In this document: positions 1 through 16,590 of the stretch, piece by piece
Position numbering within the stretch: the stretch's first letter is position 1
How the letters are laid out: each line of letters starts with the position of its first letter
DNA from: the human T2T-CHM13v2.0 reference genome, Homo sapiens
Assembly: GCF_009914755.1 (NCBI RefSeq)
Contig: NC_060936.1
Strand: one strand, 5' to 3'
DNA: 64,000 nucleotides
Made by a program: the position numbers and the translations under genes
Notes under the pieces: generated by a model
Told to the model about the DNA's origin: nothing
The model's input: the letters and a program-made list of their open reading frames with translations, nothing else
Database searches by the model: none

Positions 1-369
1 GGCTCTGTGTTTCCACCCAAATCTCATGTTGAATTGTAATCCCCACATGTTGGAGGAGAGGCCTGGTGGGAAGTGATTGAATCATGGGGGCGGACTTCCC
101 TCTTGCTGTTCTCATGATAGTCAATGTGTTCTCTGGTTGTTTAACAGTGTGTAGTACTTCCCCCTTGGCTCTCTCTCTCTCCTGCTCTGCCATGTGGAGA
201 AGGTGCTTGCTTCCCCTTTGCCCTTCCACCATGATTGTAAGTTTCCTGAGGCCTCCCAAACCATGCTTCCTGAACAACCTGAGAAACTGTGAGCCAATTA
301 AACCTCTTTGCTTCATAAATTACCCAGTCTCGGGTAGTTCTTTACAGCAGTGTGAGAATGGACTAATAT
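1..369 (+). mobile_element. MaLR solo LTR (MSTA/THE1-like), 5' end cut by window edge
   Basis: Starts ggctctgtgtttccacccaaatctcatgttgaattgtaatcccc; ends aattacccagtctcgggtagttctttacagcagtgtgagaatggactaata, typical of MST/THE1 LTRs. Confidence 0.88.
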
Positions 370-908
370 GGTATGTAACCCAAAGAATTTAAAGCAGGAA
401 CTCAATTAGATACTTACATCCCAACTTTCACAGCAGCATTATTCACAATTGCCAAAATGTGGAAACAACCCAAACCTTCATCAACAGATGAATTAATAAA
501 GTATAGTGTATACACTCAATAGAATATTATTCAGCCATAAAAAGAAATGAAATCCTGATAAATGCTACAACATGGATGAAACTTGAAAGCATTACGCTAA
601 GTGAAACAAGGCAGACACAGAAGGACAAATATTGTATCATTCCACTTACATGAGGTACCTAGAATAGGCAGATTCATAGAGACAGAAAGTACAATAGATG
701 TTTCCAGGGGCTGGGACAAGACGGGAATGGAGAGTTGGTGTTTAATAGATACAGAGTTTCTGTCTGGGATGACGACATTCTGGAAATGGATAATGGTGAT
801 GGTCACATAATACTGTGAATTTACTTAATTCCACTGAATTGTACACTTAAAAGTGGGTAACATGGTAAATGTTATGTTATGTATATTTTATCACAATTTA
901 AAAAAAAA
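370..908 (+). mobile_element. L1M (L1MB-like) 3' fragment
   Basis: gcagcattattcacaat...tcagccataaaaagaaatgaaat...gaattgtacacttaaaa, then A tail. Confidence 0.85.
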
Positions 909-921
909 GCAAATACTCCTA

Positions 922-990
922 GCTCAGGGGCTGTGCACAAACAGGCAGCAGGCTAAATCTTGCCCGTAGGCTGTAGTTTGCCAACTACCG
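922..990 (+). mobile_element. hAT-Charlie MITE end (MER58-like)
   Basis: aaacaggcagcaggctaaatcttgcccgtaggctgtagtttgccaac resembles the MER58 terminus. Confidence 0.6.
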
Positions 991-1829
991 CTCCATGGAA
1001 TAGGGACACAAGCTAGGCAGAGGCTACAGTGCGTGAGCCTCTTTAGAGTCTCACCACAATGGGTAAAGGAATATGCTCCCTATTAGTCAGCTATGTGTAT
1101 TTGCTCTTCCAGTAATGCAAGTTCCCCTGCATGAACTGAAAGAATTTCTTCAACTTATTATGCCTCAATACTTCTCTATATCCTTATCGATCATCCTGCT
1201 TCCTTTCACCTCAGGCATGGCATTCTTTTATAAGACTGACTCCTATGCTTTTTTCTCTTGATTCCATTTTCTCCCATCCTTCTCCTAGATTCTTGCTCCA
1301 TTAATCATCCCTTCCTCTCTGCTGGTTCCTTTCTCTTAGCAGCGTGTCTGCCCATATTTCCTCTAACATAAAAGGAAGTTCTCTCAACCTTCCATCCCCC
1401 TCCAGCTACTATTTTATCCCTTTCTTCCCTTCACTGTCAACTCTTTAAAAAGAGTAGCTTCCACTAGAGTTACTAAGCTAAACTAAAAAGAGAAGTACCT
1501 ACGTACTTATTCTTTAATCTACTGCCATCTGACTTTCTGTGAATTGAAATGTCCTTTTAAAGGTATTTCCTGATTAGGAATCTAAGGGCTCCCATCATTT
1601 GACCTTTCTGCTTCATTTGGTGTGTTAAGTGCTCCTTCTCAGTCTCCTTTCCAGGATCCTTTACAAATCCATCCACAGTTACTGAGCACTTGCCACCTGC
1701 CTGGCACTGCACTGGGTGCTGGGGCACTGTCTGCCCTCCATGCATCTCTAGGTTTTCTTTCCAAGGCTTCCCTGAGCATCTTCTGTTCTTGCTCTGTGCT
1801 CCTTCTGCAGGTTATTTAGCCACTTGCTT

Positions 1830-2443
<614 letters not shown>

Positions 2444-3070
2444 TATGGCTGTAGTTTTGATGTAACTCCTGGACAGGTTCTTTCCTAACATTTATGGGGC
2501 TCATACAAAAACCAAAACGGAGCTCGCATTCTAAATGTCTGAAACTTTTAAAGTTATAAGTGAAACTATCAACTGTTAAGTACATTCTATTATCCTGCTT
2601 GACAAATATATCTTCTTAACAATACGGATTAAATTTAGGCTTCTTGGACTCTGTGGGGTTCATGCTGGAACACAGCGGCATTGAACAAGCTGGCTCTTGC
2701 CCCTGGACTGCCCCCTCCTTCCCCTGCACACTGTGAAAGGCCTTGTGCACACACAGCCTGCGCTTCCCAGCTCTACTCACACATCCCACAAACACTCTAG
2801 GCTCTGGGCTTTGCACACTGGTGGTACCATTCACCCCTAGCATGTGCTCCCAGGGGAGAAACTTGCATGGGCCTCCCAGGAAGACTCGGGCCTCTGGGGC
2901 TGGGATTCTTTGGGAATGCTGACCATGGGCTCTGGGTAAGCATGCTCTGTTGGCCCCACAGACCCCTTGCACTAGACTGACCCTCTAAAGCAGCGTTTTT
3001 CAATTTGGCATGAAAGATCTTTCCCCCTGTTTTTTGACTTCCTATCTGTTACAGATCAACACTTTTTTTA

Positions 3071-3375
<305 letters not shown>

Positions 3376-5034
3376 TTGCTAAAAAAGTGAAATAAAAACA
3401 AAGACATACAAAATACAAATCCATGTTTCTTATTGTTAGGCATAAAATAACATTTCCATAAATATAATAAAAACATAAAAGAGAAAAAATCACAAAATCG
3501 ACATTGCTGTTGTGTGTGTACAGATAATTAACATGTGCAATCACTACCCTCTTCATAACTTTGATTGCTCCATGGTCATAACTAAACAAAACTTTATGAA
3601 TAAGATAGAATTCCCAAGTATTAGATGTCTATAGCACACAGCACCATTCATGTCAATATTTAAGAGTTTTAATGTGACAAATGAGTTTGCCTATTACCTG
3701 TTCAATCTTGGTTGAGTTGATAAAATACCGCTTATAGGTAATAACATATATCTAAACTGTTTTCATGCTTTGTAACAAAATCGGTCTCACAGGGGTATTT
3801 TGATGGGTGGATGGAATAAGATATTTCAGAGTAATTTCAGCAAGCTCAGGTCATTCATTTTTGATTTTTATACAAAATGGAGCAAAATTCATCTTCAGTC
3901 CTTCATCAGTAGCCAGTTCCAATAACTTACCTTCTAAAATTATAATGAAATTTAAATTATCTTCCTATGAAAGGCATTTCAGGCTCATGAATTGAGACCA
4001 GCCTATGTTCAGCTGACTTCTTTCTTGATGAACGAAGCAGAATGTTGATTTACATTCTGGCACAAGTTCCTTAAACTGGGTAACTAATCCAGAATGTTTT
4101 ACAGTCATGGCAGCTGTGCCATCAGAATATAATCCTACACAAAATCCTAAACTCCAGACACATTTATGAACAATGGAATCCTTTATAGTTTTATACAATT
4201 CACAGTTGTATTTATTGGCTGTGAGGCTAAAAAAATAAAAGAACTATTTCTTCCAATAGCGATCACATTGAAATCATACATATAATAACTGAATGGCCAT
4301 AACTATATCTGTGCATTCATCTAGTTGCAATGAGAAATATTCTGCTAATTTCATTTTTTCCCTGTGAGTTAACCTTCCATATCACTAGCCAATTCCCAAA
4401 TATGTTGAGCTATAGTTTCACTAGAAAATGGCATTTGAGCTACTTCTCTTGCACAGTATCACCCAACATTTTTAAGCCAATATCTTTGATGCATGCAGTC
4501 TTGCATTCATGTCTTGGCAATTGTATATATGTTTGATCTTAGCAATCCCAAATACTACTTTATAAGAAGCCTGCAAAGTTTCTTTCATGTGAAATAGTTA
4601 ACATCTGCTTCTGTCAGGTTTTAAAATCAGTACTCCTTCTTTCAAAGAATTCTTTTGATTTTGCTCTTATTTTTTACATATGGTATGCAAATGCCACTTA
4701 AATTTTAATGGTTTCATTGCTTCATTAGTCAGTAAAGTGCTATGAATAATACACTATAGTTTTAGCATTTTATCATCAATGATGACTACAAAGTGAACTC
4801 AACACATGAAAATTATACATCCAAATAAAATGAGTATGAACTTTTTTGGTCTCTATTTCTTCAGAATCAACTTCCATTGTCATTTGGTTTACTACAACTA
4901 CAACATTTGCAATGTGTGTTGATTCTTGAAAAAGAAATCTTGTAAAACTTGTTTCCCAATTTGCCAATTAGGGTTAAAAATAAATTTTATAAAGTTTATA
5001 TTCTTACTTTAGCTATGAGGTTAAATATATATAC

Positions 5035-5357
<323 letters not shown>

Positions 5358-6842
5358 TAAAGACTAGCTTGATTAATATTAAAATGATATAAACAATAAG
5401 TTATAAAAATAAAGAAATACTTTCAATTAAATATATTTTTATTTGTAAATTTAAAAATAAGTTTTAAAAAACTTAAAAAGAAATGCTTTCATCTATTTAT
5501 ATTTTACCTTTAGGTTATAGGTGACTAACCTGAATATATCACATGTTGAAAAGCAGTTGTATTGTCCATAACAGTATGGAATCTACATCATGTGTGATTC
5601 AGTACTCTATTTGACCATACGATAGCTGGCCTATACCCTATTTAATGAGACGATGAACCAATGTCAGATTGGTACAAAAGTTTCTAAATGCTTACTCTCA
5701 GTTTCTGTGCTTATTTCATGTGACCTAGTAACAGGCCACCTGTGGACTGACTGGTCCCTGGACCACCTCATGAATTGCACTGCTCTGAAACCCAGGCCCA
5801 AGGCAAGGGCCCCTCTTTTGTGTGTCTCAGGGGAGCACTGCTCCTGAATTATAAGCTTTAATTATTGGCTACCTTCTAGATATATTTACATGGATAATGA
5901 TAATAGTAAACTTATTAAAATCATAAAACTATCTGATACCGGGAGCTTAGCATGTGGCAGGAATATAACAATGAGTAAGAAAGAGGTTTCCAGCCTCACA
6001 AACCTTAAATTTTAGTGAGAAAAATAGGTATTTTAATTATGATGACATCTCTTTGAGATAGGTCTTATCCACATTTTACAGATAGTTATAGAAGTTAATA
6101 TGTCCAAGTTCTCAGAGCTAGCAAGTGGTGCATCAGAGCCTCAAAACTAGGTCTTACTGGCCACAAACTCATGCTTTTCATCACTTATCTATGTTGTGAA
6201 ATCTCAAAATCGTGTTTTAAAAAACTAAACCTTGTTTTTTCTACCCAGTTCTCCAGAGCCCCCCATCACAACCAATGATGTTGTTGTCCTCCTTGTGTCT
6301 TATAGCAGAAACCCAGAAACCTCACAATGGCTCTGTCACTCCCTCAGAGCATCTCTACCAACCTCCCATATCCTTCCTCTCCTCATTTCCAGGCCTGATT
6401 CAGACCAAGAAATATCAGGTAGTAGCCTTCACATCTTCCATGTCTCCCTCCTCCATTCTTCACACTAAACATAAGGCATAGTAAATTATTTCCCTTCTTA
6501 TAAACCCATACTTCATAAAGTGAAGCATTATATGAAGATGAACTCTGATCAAGTTATCATGGTGATCTACTAAAAATTTTGTATTTGAAAATTTGACCAT
6601 AACTGTCTTCTTTAAAAAAAAAAGTTCACTTTCACAGCATCTATTTCAATGTTGTAGTTAGTCTCAACTTGCAAGCAGTTGTGAACATCATTACTTATCT
6701 GTCTGTGGCATGACCTTCATGCGTGATAAAATTATACTCACTTTTCTTTTACCACATCAATTTGTATGTTGATGATAAACTTTGTCTATTTGATTTAATT
6801 ACAGAATGAAACCCTAAGTATTAGTCTACAGCTATGCTATAA

Positions 6843-7210
6843 TGTGGCAGACTGGCTAGGTGTTCACCATGCTGTTCTATTTTCCTCCTGGATCCAGTAG
6901 ACATTCTTCCAGGCAGGTGGGGCCACGTGGTTGAGTTCTGACTAAAAGGAGACAGGTAGAAGTCAGGAAGGTGACCCATAAAACCTCTCCCAGAGTTTGC
7001 CATGTGATTTCCCTACTCCCATTTGCTGGGCAGAACTCAGAGATTCAACAGAGGACATTGAATATAAGAAGTTTGGGTCCTTGAATGACAGTGGGGAAGA
7101 GAGTCTAACCCCTCTCCAACCTACGTTGGACTATTCCATGAGATGATTGTGCATTAAACTTATGCTGTGTTCAACCACTGATTGTTTGGGGTAAGAGCAG
7201 TAACTAATAT
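6843..7210 (+). mobile_element. Old MaLR LTR (MLT1 family)
   Basis: Starts tgtggcagactggctagg...ggggccacgtggttgagttctg; ends aaacttatgctgtgttcaaccactga...actaatata. Confidence 0.6.
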
Positions 7211-7265
7211 ACATAAATAAGTAGATGAATAAAATGGATACATTAAATGCATAAAATGTTTACTC

Positions 7266-7488
7266 TTTTGTCTTTGTTTTGTTTTTGAGATGGAGTCTCA
7301 GTCTTGTCACCCAGGCTGGAGTGCGGTGGTGCAATCTTGGCCCACCGCAACCTCTGCCTCCCTGGGTTCAAGTGATTCTCCTGCCTCAGTCTCCCAAGTA
7401 GCTGGGTCTACAGGCACCCACCACCACGCCCAGCTAATTTTTGCACTTTTAGTAGAGATGAGGTTTCACCATGTTAGCCAGGCTGGTC
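7266..7488 (-). mobile_element. 5'-truncated AluS
   Basis: Alu lacking its 5' part, perfect TSD aaaatgtttact at 7253-7264 and 7489-7500. Confidence 0.92.
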
Positions 7489-7786
7489 AAAATGTTTACT
7501 TTCTCATGAAATCCGTCTGTGGCAAAACTCTAAATAGTAGAGTTTATGTACTCTAAATAGTGACCTGGATTTTCTAATAACAACCCAGAGGACTTTCCTG
7601 TTTGGATTTATTCAGGCTCAGGTGACAGAGCTATAAATTTATGTAGCTAAATATTTAGCAGTGTTGACAAAACTGTTTCTAGTAATTAATGGCACATCTG
7701 GAATTAAATTCTCTTTTTCTTCATCCTTTATTCTATGTTTACAATCCCACCAGATGATACACCTAGTTTAAATGGTCTTAAATAGA

Positions 7787-8143
<357 letters not shown>

Positions 8144-9491
8144 CTAACTTTTTAGTTATTTCCTTCATCTGCAATTGTATTTTCTCTTTTTGGGCTCAAA
8201 CCTTTTCTATAAAATTGTATTTAATTCCACAGTCCTTTTCTTTATTATTTGTTATCAGCATGATTTTATTTGTGACTAATTAGACCAATCCTCACGGCAA
8301 GAAGAATTAAATAAAATGACATTTCTATTTTAGAAGACCCAAAGAAGTACAAGAGTTAGTTACAATTTTAATGGACTTACAGATTTCCAATAATAAAGAC
8401 AATTAGGTAATAATATGATTTAAACTCAAGGGGATGGTCTAGGACACCCACCCTTTTTGAAAATTATAGAAGCTCATTATGGTCACTATTAAAAGGATCT
8501 GGGCTTCATGTGACCCATTAGAATTAAATAAAAGGATGGAATCCTGTGGTCTGGACAGGAGCTTTCTGAGTACAATTAAGAAGCTCAGTGCACTGGGTCA
8601 AAAACATCAGCTATGGTTTGGGCTGACGTTATTTTCTCATTGAAAAGATTTATTATTAAATAGAAAAATGATGAAATAAATAAAACTCAAATTATTTATA
8701 CTTCCATGTTAAGTTTAGAATAATCTGTGTTTTTCTGGTATTCTAAGTGCTTGCAGTATTTAAGAATTTGGCATTTTAAGGAATCTAGCAAGTTGTGATT
8801 CCAATTTAGAAAGAGTTAATTGGGTTGATTTAGACTTCAGAGGAATAAGATAATTTTACTTGGATTACAAGCAATAATGGAATAATTAAAAGAACTTAAG
8901 TTTAACCATCTTTGTAAATTTAATTAGATGTACAAGAATTATATAAATATACAATAAAGTTCATTTGATAACCAACTAAGGCAAAAAAATTTATTTATAT
9001 TAAAATTATAAGTATAATTTTAAATGCTTAAAAGATTAAGCTGTAAAGGCTAAAATGTGATTATTGAACTCTTCTAGATTTGTATTAATAAATGCAACAA
9101 TAAGATTTATAAGTTGACATCTTAAGAAAGAACAAAACTTTTTCAGTTGTCATTTAAAATGTAAAGGAATATAGAAAAGACCCGAGCAATCTTTACAGGG
9201 CATGAAAGCCACCTCTAAGAACACCAAAAATCTCCCCTGAAAATTTTCTTTCTTTTTTCCCCTATTGTCCTGTAGCTGCCCCTGACACCAATATCTTCTT
9301 TTTCTTCTCCTAGCACCAAAATGCTATGCATCGCAAAATAAAAATTTAGAATGTGATCATCTTTAAGCAATAATTTGTAAAATGTTTTGTAAATTGAAAA
9401 TGAGACCTTTGCAGGAGAGGAAAATAAAGGGAAAAAGATTCTAAGTGGATTTATTACCACAGAACTGTATGTTTAAAAATGGTAAAGATGA

Positions 9492-9790
9492 GGCCAGGTT
9501 GGGTGGCTCATGCCTGTAATCCCAGCACATTGGGAGGCCAAGGTGGGTGGATCCTGAGGTCAGGAGTTCGAGACCAGTCTGGCCAACATGGCGAAATCCC
9601 ATCTCTACTAAAAATACAAAAATTAACTGGGTGTGGTGCGGGTGCCTGTAATCCCAGCTACTCAGGAGGCTGAGGCTGGGGAATCCTTGAACGCAGGAGG
9701 TGGAGGTTGCAGTGAGCTGATATCTCACCACTGCACTCTAGCCTGGGCGACAGAGTGAGACTCCGTCTCAAAAAGAAAAAGAAAAAAAAA
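9492..9790 (+). mobile_element. AluS
   Basis: Full dimer, TSD aaaaatggtaaagatg, inserted in an L1M 3' end remnant. Confidence 0.95.
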
Positions 9791-11011
9791 TGGTAAAGAT
9801 GGTAAATTTCATGTTTATTTTACCTCAATAAAAAAAGGAAAAAGAAAAAAGTTTTAATGAAATGTTTGCTTTATTCTTTCATGTTGTCACTTACTGGACT
9901 TCTGGACATTGGTCTGTACAGGTACAGAAGCCCTCTCATGCCATAAAGGTAAAAGCAATAGCAATAACCTATTAAAATAACACTAAAGCTGCAAAGAATT
10001 CACTCTTTTGCATGAGTGTGGCAGACAAATATTAAATGTGGATGAATAATTCTTTTTAGTCTCAGCATCCTTGAATTTGCTTGGTCCTTGAAGTAATTGC
10101 TTGCAGCATCGTTTACAAACTTCTTTTGAAAGTGACAGATGATAATCTTCCCCAACCCGAGCATCTTTGACATTGAAATGTGCAGTGTGAGGTTTCTAAT
10201 AAGTCCATATGGGGTAGTGAAGCTCGAATGGTGCTCCACAAGCCCTCCAGGTTCCGTAGGGACTCCGAGGTGACAGCCTGGGCCTCCTTCCTCCTTCAAC
10301 CAGAGCAGCTTCACTTCCGTCTCTTTTACATATCAGGCTTCTTGTCAGATTTCATTTAAGAGCAGCTTTCATAGCTTTGCAGATTCTGAAAACCACTGGG
10401 CCACAGTAGGCTTTTTCCAGAGCAGTGGAAACACTGTGCGAGGAATGTAAACTGCACAATGGGATGATATTAACTTGAGGGACCACTGGGCTGTTTTTTT
10501 TCTAAGAAATGTAAAGAGCTTCACAAATACTGACTTGGGGAATTTACTAGCCCTTTAACTAAACTGCAGGGGCAACCACCCTACATTATTTCCTTTGGAA
10601 ATAAGATCATTCTTGTTTTCTTGGATATTTGAAGACTCTTCTTGCTTATATTTAGAAACTTCTCTCATTTTATTTGGCACTGATGATATAGCCTAGCCTT
10701 GTGAGCCTGTGGGCTATTCAAGGTTGCCAGTGTGGCAGAACAAGTCTTTTTATGTCTGCTTTCCTAATGCTCAACAGCTACTGAGCCTAAAGTAATAAGA
10801 GAGAGCTGTTTAAAATTTAACTCGAAACCAAGAAGGAGACAACGACTCTTAGCATAATACGAAAATGCTAGTAGGAGGTTTTGTTTTTGTGTTTGTGTTT
10901 TTCACTGTGTGCAAAAGCTCAGGTTGTTTTTTAGATGCTTTATTCCGTGGTCCTGCAATCAGACTGCCACAGGGGCCTCTGTGACTCTCTTGCTCCATTC
11001 ATCTTTCAAGG

Positions 11012-11377
<366 letters not shown>

Positions 11378-11992
11378 TGAATTGACTGAGAATGACCAAT
11401 ACCAATGACCAATGACCGGGGCAGAGGTTGGGAGGCAACACAGGAAGTGGAATAGAAAGGGTTAGAGATGGCTGAGTGAATGTGTTTGGGGGGAAGAAGA
11501 CATAAGGGAGAGGGGTGTCAGGGTAGTAGGTGGTGATCTGAGTCATGTGAGGTACCCAGGCCTCTAGAGCCAGGGCCCTGTTTCATTAAAAATCTCCAAA
11601 ACCTCTTTTGCCTTAGTTGAGACACAGCGTTTGAGCCTTCAGTAAGGACCTGAGTGAGGGTTCTTCAGGATTCTAAGTGTTTGCTTGACTTACAGTTCTA
11701 CAATAAAATTATATTTTAGAGAAGATTTGAATCATTATTTTAAGATGTGGCAAAATGCAGGCACAATGCTCTCTCTAGATTGGATCACACTTTTAAAAAA
11801 ATCGCAGTGACATGGAAGTTTGAGGACACTTAGAGTCCGGTTGAAAAGATTTTCTGGTCTCTTATTTTCTCCATGATATTCCATGCTAAGCAATATTCAA
11901 TTTTTCCTTACCACTTGCAACGCTGGTCTGAAAATGAAGCTTTTTACTTTGTCTGAATGACTCTGAGCCTTGAGCTGGCATTACCCACTAGA

Positions 11993-12180
11993 CAGCACAA
12001 TCCAGTAGATCCTTCCATGATGATAGAAATATTCCATATCTGCAGAATCCAATATGGTATCTACTAGCCACATACAGCTATGGAGCACTAGAAACGTGGT
12101 CGATGCCACTGAAGAGCTGACTTTTTAATATTTTTAAATCAATTTAAATTTAAATACCCTCACGTGGCTAGTAGGTAATG
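11993..12180 (+). mobile_element. hAT-Charlie MITE (MER3-like)
   Basis: tccaatatggtatctactagccacatacagctatggagcactagaaacgtgg...cacgtggctagt. Confidence 0.7.
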
Positions 12181-12724
12181 TCTACATTCTTGGGGGTAGA
12201 AAAGAGAGGGCATGTTCATGCATTGCTGATGAGTCCAGCAGTCCTGGTGGGCTGCATTTCCTAAGGTGGGAGGCGTCTTCTCAGTCATTTTATTATTTTT
12301 TTCAGGGAATAAATTATAGGCCCTTTGTGACAATCACTCATAATTTTCCTATGTCGTTTGGGATGCCAAAGGGCAAGCTTCTACATATTTCTAATAGCAA
12401 TGTTAAACCGCAAGCAGGCACAATCTTTAAGAAGATTTTGGGCAAAATAGAGCCTTTCTCTGGGAAGCGGCACCCAGAGAACTTTGAACAAATAGTCCAG
12501 TCTTTTAATTCTACCCGCTTTCTATGAGAAGGAAAAACTGTTACCTAGTGATGTCACAGGTCCCAGATCCTGGGTGGGATAAGTTCCTGAGGTCCTCTAT
12601 CACTATTACCCTTCCCTGTAATGACAGGAGACCTCATGCTGGAGAGAGTGGTAACTCCCTCTGGTCAGCAATTTGACTCCATCCAAATCCAGTTATTAGT
12701 CCAACATAACTGTGATTTTGAACA

Positions 12725-12930
12725 CTTATTTATTGGGCACCTCTTCTGTGCTAGGTGCAAGGGTTATCTCCTGTAATCTTTATAACAATGAAATCAATAC
12801 TATTATTATCCAATTATGTAACCAAGGAAACTGATGCTTAGCAAGGTTAAGTAGCTTTCTCAAGGTCAAGGTGAGTGGTGGAGCAAGCAGGTAAACCCAT
12901 GTGTGTCTAAGGCCACAGCCTATGCTCTAG
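12725..12930 (-). mobile_element. MIR SINE
   Basis: atttattgggcacct...aaggaaactgatgcttagcaaggttaagtagc. Confidence 0.7.
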
Positions 12931-13007
12931 TCACCAGGTAATCATTGATCTCTCTGGAATATCCACAGTTGGAAAGCAAGGACTTTGCAACTTGCTGCTG
13001 AATGTAT

Positions 13008-13305
<298 letters not shown>

Positions 13306-13964
13306 GCCGCTGAATGTATTTCTTACCACCAATCTGTTCAGTCATTACTATTCCTTCCCCCTTTCCTAAGTACCATGGGAAATGAAGCATAAAGCACTCA
13401 AAGTCCAAGGAAAAGGCAACATTCAGGATTCAGTTCCAGAATGTCTGCCTCTTCCAGACCCATGCTCCCACCAGTTGGCCATGCATTCTCAACTTGCATG
13501 CCTATGTCATCTGTCTCTTCTGACCCTGAAGAAAGCTTCTATTCACTCCATGAGCACCTGCACCTTCACTGAGTCAATAGTGAGTGGCTGCTATCTGCAC
13601 CAAAATCCATTGCTCAATATTCTTTCTTCTCCATTCCAAATGGTTCCTCATTTCTGTGAAAGCCCACATGGTCTTACCATATGTCTCGTTGTCTTGGTAG
13701 TAAACGCATTTTTAAAAACAAATATGTCAGCATCATTTTGTTTTTTTTCATTAGTGGTCTCATGTTACAGTCATAACAGGTTGCATAATGGTTACATCTA
13801 GTACAAAATAATGCTATTGTGTTTTCTCTTGGAGGCTGTTATCTAGTTACATTGCTTGTGACTAGCTAAGGAGGATATTGTAGAAAAACAAAGACCTTCA
13901 AGGTAGACAGACCTGACTCTGAATTCTGACTTTATCATCCATTCATTTAAAAATATTTATTCAA

Positions 13965-14160
13965 GGCCAGGCGCGGAGGCTCATAGCTGTAGTCCCAGCA
14001 CTTTGGGAAGCCGAGGCGGATGGATCACCTGAGGTCAGGAGTTCAAGACCAGCCATGGTCTTGAAATCCCATCTCTACTAAAAAATACAAAAAATTCGTT
14101 AGGTGTGGTGGCACACGCCTGTAATCTCAGCTACTTGGGAGGCTGAGGCAGGAGAATTGC
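13965..14160 (+). mobile_element. AluS, 3' part deleted
   Basis: Alu sequence stops abruptly at ggcaggagaattgc, followed by (TA)n; inserted in the 3' end of an L2. Confidence 0.9.
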
Positions 14161-14348
14161 TATATATATATATTCCTGGTACGTAGTAGGTCCTGAATAA
14201 ATATGTATATATACTCCAATTTTAACATTTCCTATGCCCCTTCCCTGCTTTATTTTTCTCCTCAGCATATCATTGGCTAATATAGCTTTTTCTCCTCATT
14301 TGTCTTGATTAATGTCTATCTCACTCCACTTGAACATAAGCTCCATGA

Positions 14349-14677
<329 letters not shown>

Positions 14678-14744
14678 GTTTTATTCACTGCTTCATCCCA
14701 GCACTTAAAATGATCCCTGGCACATAGTAGGTCCTGAATAAATA

Positions 14745-14911
14745 CGTGTGTGTGTGTATATACATATATACACACACACATATATACACATATATATACA
14801 TATATACACATATATACATATGCATATACATATATACATATATACACATATATACATATGTATATACATATATATACACATATATACATATGTATATACA
14901 TATATATACAC

Positions 14912-14943
<32 letters not shown>

Positions 14944-15032
14944 TTATTCAGGACCTACTATGTGCCAGCAATAATAATGTATTGATTGATATATGCCTGG
15001 CACATAGTAGGTCCTGAATAAATATGTGTGTG

Positions 15033-15087
<55 letters not shown>

Positions 15088-15187
15088 GTGTATATATGTG
15101 TATATATATGTGTATATATGTGTATATATGTATATATGTGTATATATGTGTATATATATGTGTGTGTGTATATATATATATACACAC
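14745..15187. repeat. Two mirrored compound (TA)n/(CA)n/(TG)n microsatellites (14745-14940 and 15025-15187)
   Basis: Alternating purine-pyrimidine tracts seen directly. Confidence 0.97.
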
Positions 15188-15247
15188 TCAGGACCTACTA
15201 TGTGCCAGGAATCATTTTAAGTGCTGGGATAAAGCAGTGAATAAAAC

Positions 15248-15634
<387 letters not shown>

Positions 15635-16109
15635 TTAGCCAGTGATATGCTGAGGAGAAAAATAAAGCAGGGAAGGGGCATGGGAAATGTTAAAATTAGA
15701 GTAGCCCGGAAAGGCTTAACTGAGAAAATGTCATTTGAGTCAAGGTTTAAAGGAGGTGAGGCAATGGATGTGCACACATTAGTCTAAATTTCTAGATACT
15801 TGATTTACTCAACTCTAAAGTGGGAACAAAAGCCACCTTGTTAATGACTTGTTCTGAGGATCAAGCCCAGTCATGAAGGGTATGTGGCCCAGGCATTGAA
15901 TGGGTACATGACGGCAGCTGGCATTACTGTTCGTCATCGCCAGCAGCAGCAGCGCCATTAGAAACAGCCACTTGCTGGAACTGGAGATGGGTCATTTATA
16001 CATTTACTATCCTCAAATGACCCTGCTGAGGAAACTCAGGTAATAGTTGGATTCTGAATATTGAATGAAATATGCTAGCCTTGGAGGAGCGACATGTGGT
16101 TTCAATATT

Positions 16110-16590
16110 TCTATCAGAATCTTGGCAGGAAATAAAGGGTGCCCTCATATTGGATAATTTGAAGAGTTTAAAAGAAGGCTATTTAAAAGATCGTCAAAGT
16201 GTAGGGAAAAGAGTAGTGCAGTGCCCAGAATTAGTAATGACAAGCACTGCTACCACCCCTCTATCCCCCATCCATCCCAGACCTGACAGGACAAGAGGAG
16301 AAGGTGCTTACCAGAGGCAGAGTCAGAGGGCCCCATGGAGAGGGCGCATGACGGGGCATGTGTGGCCTTTGGTGGGGAGATACAGCCAGCCTGCAGTGAC
16401 TCCACAGAAAGGGAGCTGGAGAGTGAATACACCAGTGTCATTCTCCTTAAGCCCATCAGGGCTCCCCACTGGCCAACCCAGCTTGAAGTCACAGGGCAAG
16501 AGAGCCTGTGGAGCCGCTCCTGCAGGTCAGCCTCCCAGGGACCCAGCAGGTGGAGAGGGTGGGAGGAGCCCAGGCAGACACCCAGCAGAG
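16110..16590 (-). mobile_element. ERVL LTR (LTR33-like)
   Basis: ggccaacccagcttgaagtcacagggcaag...aggtcagcctcccagggac...ggtggagagggtgg resembles antisense LTR33. Confidence 0.6.

Noticed and set aside
13382-13801. 139-aa ATG-initiated ORF in mostly unique DNA
   Set aside because: No recognisable motif or coding-like composition; ORFs of this length arise by chance. PhyloCSF or Ribo-seq support would be needed
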